From assembly GCF_004010195.1 (NCBI RefSeq), contig NC_057718.1, positions 93,039,569 through 93,103,568 of the forward strand: 64,000 bases of DNA. Reading direction: 5' to 3'. A program made the translations under genes and the position numbers. The DNA comes from Chiloscyllium plagiosum. Its lineage: Eukaryota. Position 1 is the first letter of the stretch. Every line of letters begins with the position of its first letter. Below are positions 12,334 through 24,175 of the stretch, one piece after another. The notes beneath the pieces are model-generated. The model was not told where the DNA came from and searched no databases. It saw only the letters and a list, made by a program, of their open reading frames with translations.

Positions 12334-13276
12334 NNNNNNNNNNNNNNNNNNNNNNNNNNNNNNNNNNNNNNNNNNNNNNNNNNNNNNNNNNNNNNNNNNN
12401 NNNNNNNNNNNNNNNNNNNNNNNNNNNNNNNNNNNNNNNNNNNNNNNNNNNNNNNNNNNNNNNNNNNNNNNNNNNNNNNNNNNNNNNNNNNNNNNNNNNN
12501 NNNNNNNNNNNNNNNNNNNNNNNNNNNNNNNNNNNNNNNNNNNNNNNNNNNNNNNNNNNNNNNNNNNNNNNNNNNNNNNNNNNNNNNNNNNNNNNNNNNN
12601 NNNNNNNNNNNNNNNNNNNNNNNNNNNNNNNNNNNNNNNNNNNNNNNNNNNNNNNNNNNNNNNNNNNNNNNNNNNNNNNNNNNNNNNNNNNNNNNNNNNN
12701 NNNNNNNNNNNNNNNNNNNNNNNNNNNNNNNNNNNNNNNNNNNNNNNNNNNNNNNNNNNNNNNNNNNNNNNNNNNNNNNNNNNNNNNNNNNNNNNNNNNN
12801 NNNNNNNNNNNNNNNNNNNNNNNNNNNNNNNNNNNNNNNNNNNNNNNNNNNNNNNNNNNNNNNNNNNNNNNNNNNNNNNNNNNNNNNNNNNNNNNNNNNN
12901 NNNNNNNNNNNNNNNNNNNNNNNNNNNNNNNNNNNNNNNNNNNNNNNNNNNNNNNNNNNNNNNNNNNNNNNNNNNNNNNNNNNNNNNNNNNNNNNNNNNN
13001 NNNNNNNNNNNNNNNNNNNNNNNNNNNNNNNNNNNNNNNNNNNNNNNNNNNNNNNNNNNNNNNNNNNNNNNNNNNNNNNNNNNNNNNNNNNNNNNNNNNN
13101 NNNNNNNNNNNNNNNNNNNNNNNNNNNNNNNNNNNNNNNNNNNNNNNNNNNNNNNNNNNNNNNNNNNNNNNNNNNNNNNNNNNNNNNNNNNNNNNNNNNN
13201 NNNNNNNNNNNNNNNNNNNNNNNNNNNNNNNNNNNNNNNNNNNNNNNNNNNNNNNNNNNNNNNNNNNNNNNNNNNN
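12334..13276. other. Assembly gap (N run)
   Basis: 943 N inside the Penelope RT region. Confidence 1.
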
Positions 13277-13762
13277 ACATTGGGGAGACTGGGCGCCTCT
13301 TAGCAGAGCGCTTTAGGGAACATCTCCGAGACACCCGCACCAATCAACCAAATCGCCCCGTGGCTCAACATTTCAACTCCCCCTCCCACTCTGCCGAGAA
13401 TATGGAGGTGCTGGGCCTCCTTCACCGCCGCTCCCTCACCACCAGATGCCTGGAGGAAGAACGCCTCATCTTCTGCCTCGGAACACTTCAACCCCAGGGC
13501 ATCAATGTGGATTTTAACAGTTTCCTCATTTCCCCTTCCCCCACCTCATCCTAGCTTCTAACCTCCAGCAACTCGATCCCCTGACCTGTCCGGACTTGTC
13601 CGACCTGCCCAGCTCGTTTTCCACCTATCCACTCCACCCTCTCCTCCCTGACCTATCACCTTCATCTCCTCCCCCACTGATCTATTGTACTCTATGCTAC
13701 TCTCTCCCCACTCCCACCCTCCTCTAGCTTATCTCTCCATGCTTCAGGCTCTCTGCCTTTAT

Positions 13763-13794
13763 TCCTGATGAAGGGCTTTTGCCCGAAACGTCGA
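13763..13794 (+). ncRNA. Minimal hammerhead core in Penelope 3' UTR
   Basis: TC CTGATGA A GGGC TTTT GCCC GAAAC GTC GA; intact core, stem I only ~2 bp. Confidence 0.65.
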
Positions 13795-14525
13795 TTTTGC
13801 CTGTCCTCAAGACGTTAGCTTGCTCTCTCTCCATGGATGCTGCCTGACCTTCTGTGATCTCCAACATTTGTTGTTTTCAGTATAGATTCCGGCATCTGCT
13901 GTAATTTACTCCTATGATGCACTTTGACCTAACTCCACAACTTTTGACAGCATTAACTGGGTTGATGAGATTGTGATCTTAGCATTTTCTGATTTAAGAT
14001 CTGACTACTGTGAGTATATCTTTGGAGGATCTTCTAATAGCTCTCTAATATTTCTGGGTTAGCCACAAATTGCTGATGGGTGAGGTAATTCTCACCATTA
14101 GCTTCCAACCTTTCTACTCCATTGACCTTTATTCAGTCATGATTCTATTTTCCCTCCACATTCAGTACATCTTTTTATTAAATGCAGACTATCTACACAC
14201 CATCCTTCTCTCTCTATATTTGTATTTGGTTGACATCAAGACCAACTGGACAGATCCTATTTCTTTTCTTACCACAACCTGTATTTACATTATGCCTGTA
14301 ATGAGGTAAATGATCATCAGGCACATTTATAAGATTAAACAAAATTAGAGACCAAATCAGAGATTTGGTAAAGATCAAAAATCTGATCAGAGGTAGGTTT
14401 TGCAGGAGTATCTCAAGAAAGCAGGGAGAAGTAGACATGATTTGGAGGTGCCGGTGTTGGACTAGGGTGTACAAAGTTAAAAATCAGGTTACAACAGGTT
14501 ATAGTCCAACAGATTTATTTGGAAG

Positions 14526-14560
14526 CACTAGCTTTCAGAGTCCTGCTCCTTCATCAGGTG
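14526..14560 (-). ncRNA. Minimal hammerhead ribozyme motif
   Basis: CAC CTGATGA A GGAG CAGGA CTCT GAAAGC TA GTG; stem I CAC/GTG; CUA triplet; palindromic AGCT. Confidence 0.7.
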
Positions 14561-15140
14561 GTTGTGGAGTAGAACACAGAATTTATTGCAAAAATGTATG
14601 GTGTGATATAACTGAAATTATATATTGAAAAGACCTGGATTATTTGTTAAGTCTCTCATCTTTTAGAATGGGCATGTTGGTTTCAGTTCTTTCATATGCA
14701 AATCCCAGAATTTTCTTAAAGTTACATCCTCAAATGAACTTTAACAACACTTGCCTTGTCAGCCCAGATAATGCATTGAAGGTGTGAGGTGCCCTGTGTG
14801 AAGCTGCCTGTGCCCCAATGTTCAGACCGATTCTCATCTAAAAAAGGGATTTACAGAATCTTACATGGATTCATGTAGTTTTTGAGCAAAATAGAATGTA
14901 TTTCTGCAAGTATAAATTCACTCCGCAAATTTATGTGTGTGTGTTTGCGTGCGTGTGTGTGTGGGCGGGGTAGGATTGTCTGTGAGAGAGTGTGTCTATG
15001 TGCATGTGTGCGAGTGTGTGAGTGTAAAGGGGTATAAGTCTGTGAGTGTGGGAATGAATGTGTGACCGTATGACAGAGAGATTGTATATGAGTGTGAGTC
15101 TGTGTGAGTGTATAGGTCTGTAGGAGTGTTTGTGTATTAT

Positions 15141-15317
15141 ATTAGATTACATTAGATTCCCTACAGTGCGGAAACAGGCCCTTCGGCCCACCAAGTCCCC
15201 ATCGACCCTCCAAAGAGTAACCCACCCAGACCCATTCACCTTCTCCCTACTAATGCACCTATCACTATGGGCAATTTAGCATGGCCAATTCACCTGACCC
15301 GCACATCTTTGGATTGT
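15141..15317 (-). mobile_element. HE1 SINE, 5'-truncated
   Basis: TAGATTCCCTACAGTG..GAAACAGGCCCTTCGGCCCA..GGGCAATTTAGCATGGCCAATTCACC. Confidence 0.9.
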
Positions 15318-15394
15318 TGTGGCTGAGTGGTTAAAGCGATGGACTAGAAATCCATTGGGGTCTCCCCGCGCAGGCTCATATCCTGCCGACTATG
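15313..15394 (+). pseudogene. tRNA-Ser-AGA: tRNA-Ser(AGA) pseudogene
   Basis: 82 nt; intact anticodon arm ATGGACTAGAAATCCAT and variable arm GGGGTCTCCCC; ~9 substitutions versus the vertebrate sequence as recalled; T-loop/B-box broken (GGCTCATATCC). Confidence 0.9.
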
Positions 15395-16452
15395 GTGATC
15401 GCTTAGCACTTCTAAGTATGTGCGTGTGTGTGTGTGTGTAGTGCAGTGGGGTCACTTGTAGTGTGACATGAGCCCCAGGTCCTGGTTAAGCCATTCCCAT
15501 AGATACCGATCTTGGCTATCAGCCTCTGCTCGGCCACTTTGTGTTGTTGCCTGTCCCAAAGTCCTTCTTGAAGGATGGTTACCCGAAGGTCTGAGGTCAA
15601 ATGTCCCGGACCACTGAAGTGTTCTCCAACTGGGAGGGAACACTCCTGTCTGTTGATTGCTGTGTGGTGTTCATTCATCCATTGCCATAGCCTCTGCTCG
15701 GTCTTACCAATGTATCATGCCTCAGGGCATTCTTGCCTCCAGCATATGAGATAGACAATGTTGGCTGAGTCACATGAGTACCGTCACGTACATGGTGGGA
15801 GGTGTCCCCACGTGTAATGGTGGTTTCCATGTCGACACTCTGACACGTCCTGCAGTGTCTACCGTGACAGGGTTGTATGGTGTTGTCCTGAAAGCCGGGC
15901 AGTTTGCTGCGAACAATGATCAGTTTGAGGCTTGCTGGTTGTTTAAAGGCGAGAAGATGAGGCTTGGGGAAGGTCTTGGTGAGGTGCTCATCCTCATCGA
16001 TAATGTGTTGCAGGCTGCAAAGAACATGGCGTAGTTTTTCAGCTCCTGTGATGCACTGGACAACGAAAGGTACCCTGTTGGTTGCAGCTCGTGTCTGCCT
16101 CTTGAGGAGGTCATTACAGTTTCTCGCTGTGAATCCATGTAAGATTCTGTAACTCCCTTTTTTAGATTAGAATCAGTCTGAACATCGGGGCACAGACAGC
16201 CTCACTCAAGGCACCTCACATCTTCAATGCATTATCTGGGCCAACATGGCACCTATTGTTAAAGTTCACATGAGAATGTAACTTTAAGAAAATTCTGGAA
16301 TTTACATATGAAAGAATTGAAGCCAATATGCCATTCTAAAAGATGAGAGACTTAACAAACAATCCAGGTCTTTTCCAATATATAATTTCAGTTACATCAC
16401 ACTGTAAAACTTTGCTATAAATTCTTTGTCCTATGATCTTATACTCCACAAC

Positions 16453-16487
16453 CACCTGATGAAGGAGCAGCGCTCTGAAAGCTGGTG
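16453..16487 (+). ncRNA. Hammerhead motif with predicted non-cleavable CUG triplet
   Basis: CAC CTGATGA A GGAGC AGC GCTCT GAAAGC TG GTG. Confidence 0.6.
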
Positions 16488-16894
16488 CTTCCAAATAAAC
16501 CTTTTGGACTATAACCTGGTGTTGTGTAATTTTAACATTGAGGAAGTAGAGAGATACTCTAACTTGATCTTTCCCAATATCTTGTAATTCCGTACTTATC
16601 AATGCTCATAGATGTACTTCATCTTGCCTTCTGCATTGATGCTGTCTTGTAATTGTCATGGTATGACAATGGTTTTGATAATCAGTGCTCACTAGGATTA
16701 ATTAGCTCTGTGGGTTAGTTAATTTAAAACAGTAGAACACATTACAAGTTTTGAAGCAGACAGTATAGCAACTGACTGATTTCTATGTGTGCAGCCTGCA
16801 TACTTCAAGCTGAGTATCTGGCAGCAGGGTATCAACATTTTATATACACATATGGAGTCATTAAAGTGAATTCTCTTAAAGGCAAACCACATAG

Positions 16895-17550
16895 AGAGAA
16901 AGTTCATAGTTCTTTGAAAGTGGAGTCCCAAGTGGCCGAGATAGTGATGCTTGCCTTTATTGATCAGTGCTAGAAGGTCATGCTGCAGCTACAGAAGACA
17001 TTAGTTAGGCCACTTTTGGAATACTGTATGCAAATCTGGTCCCCCAACTATAGGAAGGATGTTGTGAAACTTGAAAGGGTTCAGAAAAGATTTACAAGGA
17101 TGTTGCCAGGACTCAAGGGCTTGAGTTATAGGGAGAGGCTTAATAAGCTGGGGCTATTTCCTATGGAGTGTCCAAGGCTGAGGGGTGACCCCTGATAGAG
17201 ATTTATAAAATACATGAGGGGCCAAGGTCTTTTCCATGGTGTGGGGGACTCCAGAACTAGAGAGCATAGGTTTAAGGTGAGAGGGGGAAGACTTAAAAGA
17301 GACGTAAGGGCCAACTGTTTCATGCAGAGGGTGGTGAGTGTATGGAATGAACTGTCAGAGGAAGTGGTAGAGGCTGGTGCAATTACAACACTTAAAAGGC
17401 ATCTGGATGGGTAAATGAATAGGAAGGGTTTAGAGTGCTATGGGCCAAATGCTAGCAAATGGGATGAGGATTAATTTAGGATATCTGGTTGGCATGGATG
17501 AGTTGGACCAAAGGGTCTGGTTCTGTGCTGTACAATTCTATGACTCTATG
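16895..17550 (+). mobile_element. CR1 (HER1-type) LINE 3' fragment
   Basis: TLVRPLLEYCMQIWSPNYRKDVVKLERVQKRFTRMLPG; tail CTATGACTCTAT. Confidence 0.92.
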
Positions 17551-17639
17551 CATGATCTTGATATTGCCTTCAGGAATAAATTATCTCCCAGAGTAATCTT
17601 GATGAATTTGTAATAGGAAAGGCTTTTTCTTGGAGTTCG

Positions 17640-18180
17640 CACAGAAAAATGCCCATTCCACCCATCACACCCATGCCAGTCGAAACAACATCAACTATTC
17701 CCATCCCGTTTTCCAGCACTTGCCCCAAAGCATTGTATGCCTTGGAATTGCAAGTGCACATTTAAATGCTTCTTAAATGTTATGAGGATTGCTGCCTTTA
17801 TCACCCTTACAGGCAAAAAGTTCCAGATTCCCACCACCCTCTGGGTGAAAAGGTTTTTCCTCACATCTACTCTAGACCTTCTGCTCCTTATCTTAAATCT
17901 ATGCCCCTTGGTCAATGATCCCTCTACTGGGAGGATATGCTTCTTCCTATCTAGTCCCCTCACAATTTTATACATCTCAATCTCTCACCTGTCAACCTCC
18001 TCTGCTCGATAGAAAATAACCCCTAAAACAATCCAATTCTTCTTTATAACTGAAACTCTCCAACCTAATAAATCTCCTGGATCCTCTCCAGTGCTAGCAC
18101 ATTCCTCCTATTGCGTGGATTCCAGTGGTGCACACAATACTCTAGCTGCAGCCGAACCAAAGTTTTCTACAGTTCCAGTT
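17640..18180 (-). mobile_element. CR1 LINE 3' fragment
   Basis: YKIVRGLDR..GHRFKIR..RKNLFTQRVVGIWNFLP. Confidence 0.9.
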
Positions 18181-18589
18181 TATTTTGCAGTTTCACAGTT
18201 TAGTGAGTCACATTAGAGTTTTGACAAAGCAGCAGACTGTCAATATTCGCAGTAAGTTAGCAAATGTCAATTTGTCATCAGTTATTGTAAATGCAGAAAG
18301 TATTAGAGCATGACTTCAGTCTATTCATGCAGATGAAAAAACCTAGTTTTGCTGTGTTTGAAGGAGGTAGCTTTCTCAAGTGTCAAGAAGTTGTATGGGT
18401 TGATTGTCATATGTGGTATAAAGACTGTTTAGGGAGTGCTTGAAGAATTCTGAGCTACAGTTATGGTTGCATAAAGGATTGGGGATTACTGGGATTTTTT
18501 TAAATGTGCATGAATACTATCTATTCTCCAATAATGGTGAATTTTATATGAAAGGTGATCCATAACTTTTCGCCAAGATATCCAAACAC

Positions 18590-19135
18590 TTAGTGTGTAC
18601 CAATTCTGGTCACTCTGCTGCAGGGAGGATGTTATTAAACTGGAAAAAGTGTAAAAACAATTTACAAGGACTTTACTGAGACTGGAGGGTTTGAGTTATA
18701 AGGAAAGGCTGGATAGGCTTGGACTTTTTTACCCTGGGAGCGTAAGAGGCTAAATGGTGACCTTGTAGAGGTTTATAAAATAATGAGGGGCATGGATAAG
18801 GTGAGTAGCCAAGGTCTTTTTCCAAAGGTAGGGAAGTCCAAAACTAGAGGGGCATAGATTTAAGATGAGGGGGGAAAGATTTGAAAGGGACTTGAAGGGC
18901 AACCTTTTCACACAGAGGGTGGAGCATTAAGTGGAATGAGATGCCAAAGAAACTGATATAGGTGTTTATAATTACATTATTTAAAAGACATTTGGACTGG
19001 AACATAGATAGGGAAGATTTAGAGGGATAAGGGCCAAATGAAGGCAAATGGGGTTAGTTCAGTTCAGGAAACCAGCTTGGCACGGATGAGTTGGGCTAAA
19101 AGGTCTGTGTCTGTGTTGCATAACTCTATGACTTG
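18590..19135 (+). mobile_element. CR1 LINE 3' fragment
   Basis: GLSYKERLDRLGL, GDLVEVYKIMRGMDKV; tail ACTCTATGACT. Confidence 0.9.
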
Positions 19136-19185
19136 CTAACAGATGAAGTCAAACTCTCCTCTTGCAAATGACTTTACACAATTAG

Positions 19186-19283
19186 AGTCAAGATCAGAGT
19201 GGTGCTGGAAATGCACAGCAGGTCAGGCAGCATCTGAGGAGCAGGAAAATCGACGTTTCGGGCAAAAGCCCTTCATCAGGATT
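19186..19283 (-). mobile_element. Short Penelope 3'-end insertion with intact hammerhead core (19252-19279)
   Basis: Reverse complement CTGATGAAGGGCTTTTGCCCGAAACGTC; TTAGAGT on both sides. Confidence 0.8.
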
Positions 19284-19849
19284 TAGAGTATAGCACATAA
19301 TTAAAGGTGGCTGTTCAGCTCCTTATGTCTCCACATATATTTTTAACTCCTTATAATTTACTTTTAGTGTGGGTTTGGCAGGAACAGTCTCCAACCTGGC
19401 AACTGGGAAGAGGGTGGATTTCAATCCCTTGAAAGTATTTCATGTATAAAAGTTGACCAGATCCCTCCCCCTACCTTTTGGCTAAAAACGTAATCTTAGA
19501 AACTTGACTTTCACTTGAGTATAAATGGTAAATTCAGTTTGGAGGTATTAATTAGAATACAATGTTATTTAGTAGAGGGTTAATACATTGAGATTTGCAG
19601 TATTTATTCTAATCATTTGTTGAAATCAAAATGGGTGGAGCTGGCCAATTCAAATTTAATTCAAGTAGATTTTAAATTCATTAATTCCAACGTAAATAAT
19701 AATTTAGAGAGATGTTGAACAATTTGCTGATTGATATCACCCTTTACTCTCTAATTTTATGCTAGTACACAAAGTGAAGACTCACTAATTGAGAGTCCCA
19801 CAATTCACCGAAGAGTGGGAAATTTGGCAACGTTTGTCTATTAAATTTC

Positions 19850-20330
19850 AGTGGAAGCATAGCCAATGGTTCAGATCAAGGCTTGGCGGTGTTACCAATT
19901 TCAGCAATGAACGGTAATGCTCAATTAAACAACTATCTGAAGGAGGTTACGGTGTTACAAGTATTTCCATTCTCAACAGTAGAAAACTTCCTTCTACATC
20001 ACTCCAGTGCAACAGACAATGTTGAACAATTTACAACAGACGCAGTGAGTGGATGATTAATCGAGGCTTCCTCCTGAGATATAAGCTTTTGCAAATGCTG
20101 GCCTTCAGCTGTTTTGACTCACTTCACATGATATTAAGAAATGGCTAAAGGTATTGGATACTGCTAGGGCTATGGACCATGCTACCACCCTATAGGCTCT
20201 CGAAGTGACCTTCCATCTGGCTAAGTTGTTCCAGTGTAGCTACAATATTTGCATCTACTTAGCAACATGGAAATTTATATAGGTGTGTCTGGTCCATTAA
20301 AAAGCAGGACAACTCCAATTTGGCCAATGA
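19850..20330 (+). mobile_element. Old CR1/L2-group LINE, N-terminal RT region
   Basis: DIKKWLKVLDTARAM..LAKLFQCSYNICIYLATWKFI*VCLVH.KQDNSNLAN, the tether/RT domain-0 pattern. Confidence 0.75.
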
Positions 20331-20505
20331 GTAGCTCACAGCAGAATTCTCCCCTCTTTGATGGGGGAAGACTAATGGCAAGAATGATAGGAATATACAT
20401 TGAGAATTTAAAAATCAGATTGTCAACATCAAAACTATTTTTCCCAATATCCCCCACAAGCATGAATTGGCAATTTCAGAACTTCACTCCTGAGTGGTGA
20501 TTACT

Positions 20506-20832
20506 TTAGATTGGATTCCCTACGGCATGGAAACAGGCCATTTGGCCCAACAAGTCCACACCTCCCCTCCGAAGAGTAACCCACCCAGACCAACTTCCTG
20601 ACATTTACCCCCTGACTAATGCACCTAACACTATGGGCAATTTAGCATGGCCAATTCACCCAACCTGCACATCTTTGGACTGTGGGAGGAAACATGAGCA
20701 CTCGGAGGAAACCCACGCAGGCACAGGGAGAATGTGCAAACTCCACACAGACGGTCACTGGAGGTGGGTATCAAATGCATATCCATAATGCTGTGAGACA
20801 GCTGTGCTAACCACTGAGCCACCGTGCCACCC
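20506..20832 (-). mobile_element. HE1 SINE, full length
   Basis: tRNA-like head, V-domain and CR1-like tail. Confidence 0.93.
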
Positions 20833-21454
20833 TTACATTGTCTTTATTTCCATGCATTTGCATCACATTAAAATCCCAACATGCCCTGTTTATACATCAC
20901 TTCCAATTCTCCCCTCCTCCACAGAGAAGCGACTGGTAAATCAGAATGGGTCCCCACCTTCAGTTTAATGGATGGTTGACCTGGTGGTCGTTCAACTGTT
21001 CTTTCTCAATAATGTGCAGTCCATGGCCACATTCCTCCTCAGCGTTTCATCCAAAAAACCGTGCATCGGCAAACTTTCAGCCTCACCTGTTCTCAGATCA
21101 ACTGTAAGCCATCAACATTTTACTTTGGAGATCAAGGACACCTAGTGCTTGCATGTTTCTGCATTTGCAGTGAGGGATAGGCACACATCACTGTCCAGTG
21201 AGCTTTTGCATTGACTTTGACAGAAAGCATTTAATGGCACTTAATGTTCACTTTGCCGATTACTTTCCTTTCATTTGTTAATTGCATGTGGGCATCGATG
21301 GATATTCATCATTACCTATCCATTGCTCAGGCCATTGACGTCATGTTGAGGTTGTACAGTGTGTTGGTGAGCCTGCTTTTGGAGTACTGTTCACAGTTCT
21401 GATTGCCCTGCTGTAGAAGGATTTACCAGGTTGGTGCCAGGATAAACTGCCAGA

Positions 21455-21695
21455 GGAATTGACTTGAATTGAAATCACTTTAATGTCACATGTACTCACA
21501 TGGGTGCTGCGAAAAGCATACAAGTCGCCACTGATGATGCCATCTCAGGTACAAAGATACGTCGGTACAGATTCTTGAATACAAATTCTTAGGAAAAAAG
21601 AAAATCCAGCATTACAGACTTACAAAATAACAAAATCATTGTAATAAATTAAGAAAATAAAGAAATATAAAGTGCAGAATAACAATCCTTCCATG
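21455..21695 (-). mobile_element. Non-autonomous retroposon with Rex1/Babar-like tail
   Basis: GAATTGAAATCACTTTAATGTCACATGTACTCA..CAAATTCTTAGGAAA; shared with 44705-44940. Confidence 0.55.
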
Positions 21696-21802
21696 ATTAA
21701 GAAAAGAAACATAGGTACAGATACATCATTTAAAAGATATTTGGGTGGGGACATTAGGAGGGAAGGTTTAGAGGGAAATTGGTCAAACTTAAACAAGTTT
21801 GT

Positions 21803-22110
21803 GGGCGGCATGGTGGCACAGTGGTTAGCACTGCTGCCTCACAGCGCCTGAGACCTGGGTTCAATTCCCGCCTCAGGCGACTGACTGTGTGGAGTTTGCA
21901 CATTCTCCCCGTGTCTGCGTGGGTTTCCTCCGGGTGCTCCGGTTTCCTCCCACAATCCAAAGATGTGCAGGTCAGGTGAATTGACCATGTTAAATTGCCT
22001 GTAGTGTTAGGTAATGGGCAAATGTAGGGGTATGGGTGGGTTGCGCTTCTGCGGGTTGGTGTGGACTTGTTGGGCCTAAGGGCCTGTTTCCACACTGTAA
22101 TGTAATCTAA
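21803..22110 (+). mobile_element. HE1 SINE, full length, inserted in a CR1 3' tail (21715-22195)
   Basis: GGGCGGCATGGTGGCACAGTGGTTAGCAC..GGGTTCAATTCCC..CACACTGTAATGTAATCTAA. Confidence 0.95.
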
Positions 22111-22214
22111 TGAAGGGACTGGTTTAGTTTGGGAAATTTGGTTGGCATGTACGGGTTGGACTGAAGGGTCTGTTCTGTGCTGTAAGACTCTATGAATCTG
22201 TCCTTCATTATTAA

Positions 22215-22440
22215 TCACATTACTCTGAGCTTGGAATCACAAGTAGGCTGGACCAGGAAAGGTTGCAGATTTACCTTCCATTAGTAAACAAGATGCATTT
22301 TGCAACAATCCTCAGTTGTTGCATGGCCAGTTATTAATTCCAGATTTTTATTGAATTCAGATATCAGTATCGACCTCTGTGAGATTATCCATATTCCTAA
22401 AGCTTTAAACTGGAACTCTGGATTCCTAATGCAGTGACTA
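22215..22440 (-). mobile_element. Degenerate copy of a second tRNA-derived SINE family
   Basis: Reverse-complement similarity to 33180-33400 (ATTCCAGATTTTTATTGAATTC). Confidence 0.5.
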
Positions 22441-23024
22441 AATTGGAGGAAGAGCCAATCAGAAGTAGGCATGGAAAGGCCACAATGCTGGAGGAAGTCA
22501 CTGAGATTGGCTGAGATGAGTGCACTGAGTGAGTTTGAAGGTGGATATAATGATCTGGCACTTGGTAACATAAGGGACACATAGGAAGCATTGCCAAGTG
22601 AGGAAAGTTGAAGACTGAGTGAGTCGGGTTGCCAACTGTGATTGGAGGCATTTCTAGAAGTTTCATCAAATGACTTGGACCCAGGATCCAGCCAATAGCT
22701 AACCAACACATCCATCCTTGAGACACACTGCTTTCCTATGGCAATTGGAAAGCAAAATAAATCATTATTCAAAGACATTTCACGAAATATTGAAAGGAAT
22801 TTACAAAAAAAAAATCAATCTATTTAATGCCCAATGATTTTTTATTTCTCTCTCCGGGGTTCCCCACAGCATGTGCTGAGATTGATATTTAAACCTCAGA
22901 GACTCTAGGCCAATCAAAACAGGTCATGAAAAAGACAAAATGCTTGCCCTTTTCAAAATGGTTATTTTCTCTCTCCACAGATGCTGTCAGACATGTTGCA
23001 TTTCCCTTGCTATGATAAAGACAG

Positions 23025-23246
23025 TAGAAAGTGAGGGCTGCAGATGCTGGAGATCAGAGTCAAAAGTGTGGTGCTGGAAAAGCACAGCAGGTCAGGCAGC
23101 ATTCGAGGAGCAGGCGAATTGACATTTCGGGTATAAGCCCTTCATCAGGATGTATTCCTAATGAAGGGCTCCTGCCAGAAAGTTCAATTCTCCTGTCCCT
23201 GGGACGCTGCCTGACCTGCTGTGCTTTTCCAGGACCATACTCTTGA
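23025..23246. mobile_element. Fold-back short Penelope-end insertion with two hammerhead remnants
   Basis: Arms meet at CCCTTCATCAGGA-TGTA-TTCCTAATGAAGGG; 15-bp TSD CTATGATAMAGACAG at 23010-23024 and 23247-23261. Confidence 0.85.
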
Positions 23247-23569
23247 CTATGATACAGACAGACAACTGAACCAAATCAGTCTTTCTACATTTATAATCAC
23301 AAGTAAAATTAAATAGCCAAAGACTTCCAAATAGTCAGTCCAATGGTTCCTAATCATACTTCTGACTGAGCAATCTCAGACTTAGTGAATAATTAATTCC
23401 CAGACACTCATTTTGTATCTTTAGCAAAAAAATCCTTATTACAGAATAACTTTAGCAGAAAGAAAATTAGGCAACAGAGTATGTTCATTAATTTCTGTGC
23501 TTTCAATTGGAAACATTTGTTTTCAACCCCCAAACACACAAAAGATCAATAAACAAACGCAGTTAATGG

Positions 23570-24175
23570 ATAAGTATAAAGGCAGCAATGTTCTTCTGAG
23601 ACTTTACAAAGCTCCAGTTAAGCCACATTTGGAAGACTGTGTCCAAGTTTGGTCCCCACACCTCAGGAAGGGCATACTGGCCCTGGAGTCTGTCCAGCAG
23701 AGATTCACACCGATGATCCCTGGAATAGTAGTCCTAACATACATTGAATGGCTGAGGATCCTGGGATTATATTCATTAAAGTTCAGAAGGTTGAAGGGAG
23801 ATCTAATAGAAACTTACATGATAATGCATGGCTTAGAAAGGGTGGACTCTGGGAAGTTGTTTCCGTTAGGCAGGGAGACTAGGACCCGGGGGCACAGCCT
23901 TAGAATTAGAGGTGGTCAATTTAGAACGGAAATGCGGAGACATTTCTTCAGCCAGAGAGTGGTGGACCTGTGGGATTCATAGAGCGCAGCAGAGGCCAGG
24001 ATGCTAAATGTCTTCAAGGCAGAGATTGATAAATTCTTAATCTCGCAAGGAAGTAAGGGCTACAGGGAGAATGCAGGAAAGTGGAGTTGAAATGCCCATC
24101 GACCATGATTAAATGGTGGCATGGACTCGATGGACTGAATGGCCTTACTTCCACTCCTATGTCTTATGGTCTTAA
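23570..24175 (+). mobile_element. CR1 LINE 3' fragment
   Basis: LYKAPVKPHLEDCVQVWSPHLRK..RRLKGDLIETY..RHFFSQRVVDLW; tail CCTATGTCTTATGGTCTTA. Confidence 0.92.

Larger units (their letters stand above)
12002..13805 (+). mobile_element. Penelope-like retroelement (RT + GIY-YIG), 5'-truncated and gapped
   Basis: RAALQSLCSNPDLTIKPTDKGGAVVVW before the gap; IGETGRLLAERFREHL..PVAQHFNSPSHS..EEERLIFCLGTLQPQGINVDF after it; 9-bp TSD CTCAAGAYG at 11993-12001 and 13806-13814. Confidence 0.9.
11855..13912 (+). mobile_element. Older Penelope-derived 3' end (11855-12001 and 13806-13912), split by a younger Penelope
   Basis: Degenerate hammerhead CTGATGC-AGAGTC-AACTA-GACTC-AAGAYG continues as TTAGCTTGCTCTCTC..GATGCTGCCTGACC after the insert. 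Confidence 0.6.
14934..15440. repeat. Degenerate (TG)n tract in Penelope 3' UTR, interrupted by a SINE/tRNA insert
   Basis: TG-rich runs at 14934-15135 and 15416-15439. Confidence 0.8.
14436..16542 (-). mobile_element. Penelope-like element with inverted pseudo-LTR
   Basis: GIY-YIG NIVYLIC..*YIGKTEQRL..MNEHH..PVGEHFSGPGH (~15450-15780); ~400-bp inverted repeats 14473-14873 and 16130-16537; possible TSD GAAGTAGA at 14428-14435 and 16543-16550. Confidence 0.9.

Noticed and set aside
12240..13343. The two longest ORFs in the track (358 and 347 aa)
   Set aside because: Artefacts of translating through the N gap.
15313..15394. Functional tRNA-Ser gene
   Set aside because: B-box/T-loop and acceptor-stem substitutions, no oligo-T terminator, embedded in a retroelement.
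20249..20500. IYIGVSGPLKSR looks like a GIY-YIG motif
   Set aside because: Another frame gives a coherent LINE RT N-terminus over 400 bp, so the YIG is coincidental.
21803..21880. tRNA-like A/B boxes at HE1 heads
   Set aside because: SINE heads continuing into SINE body and tail, not tRNA genes.
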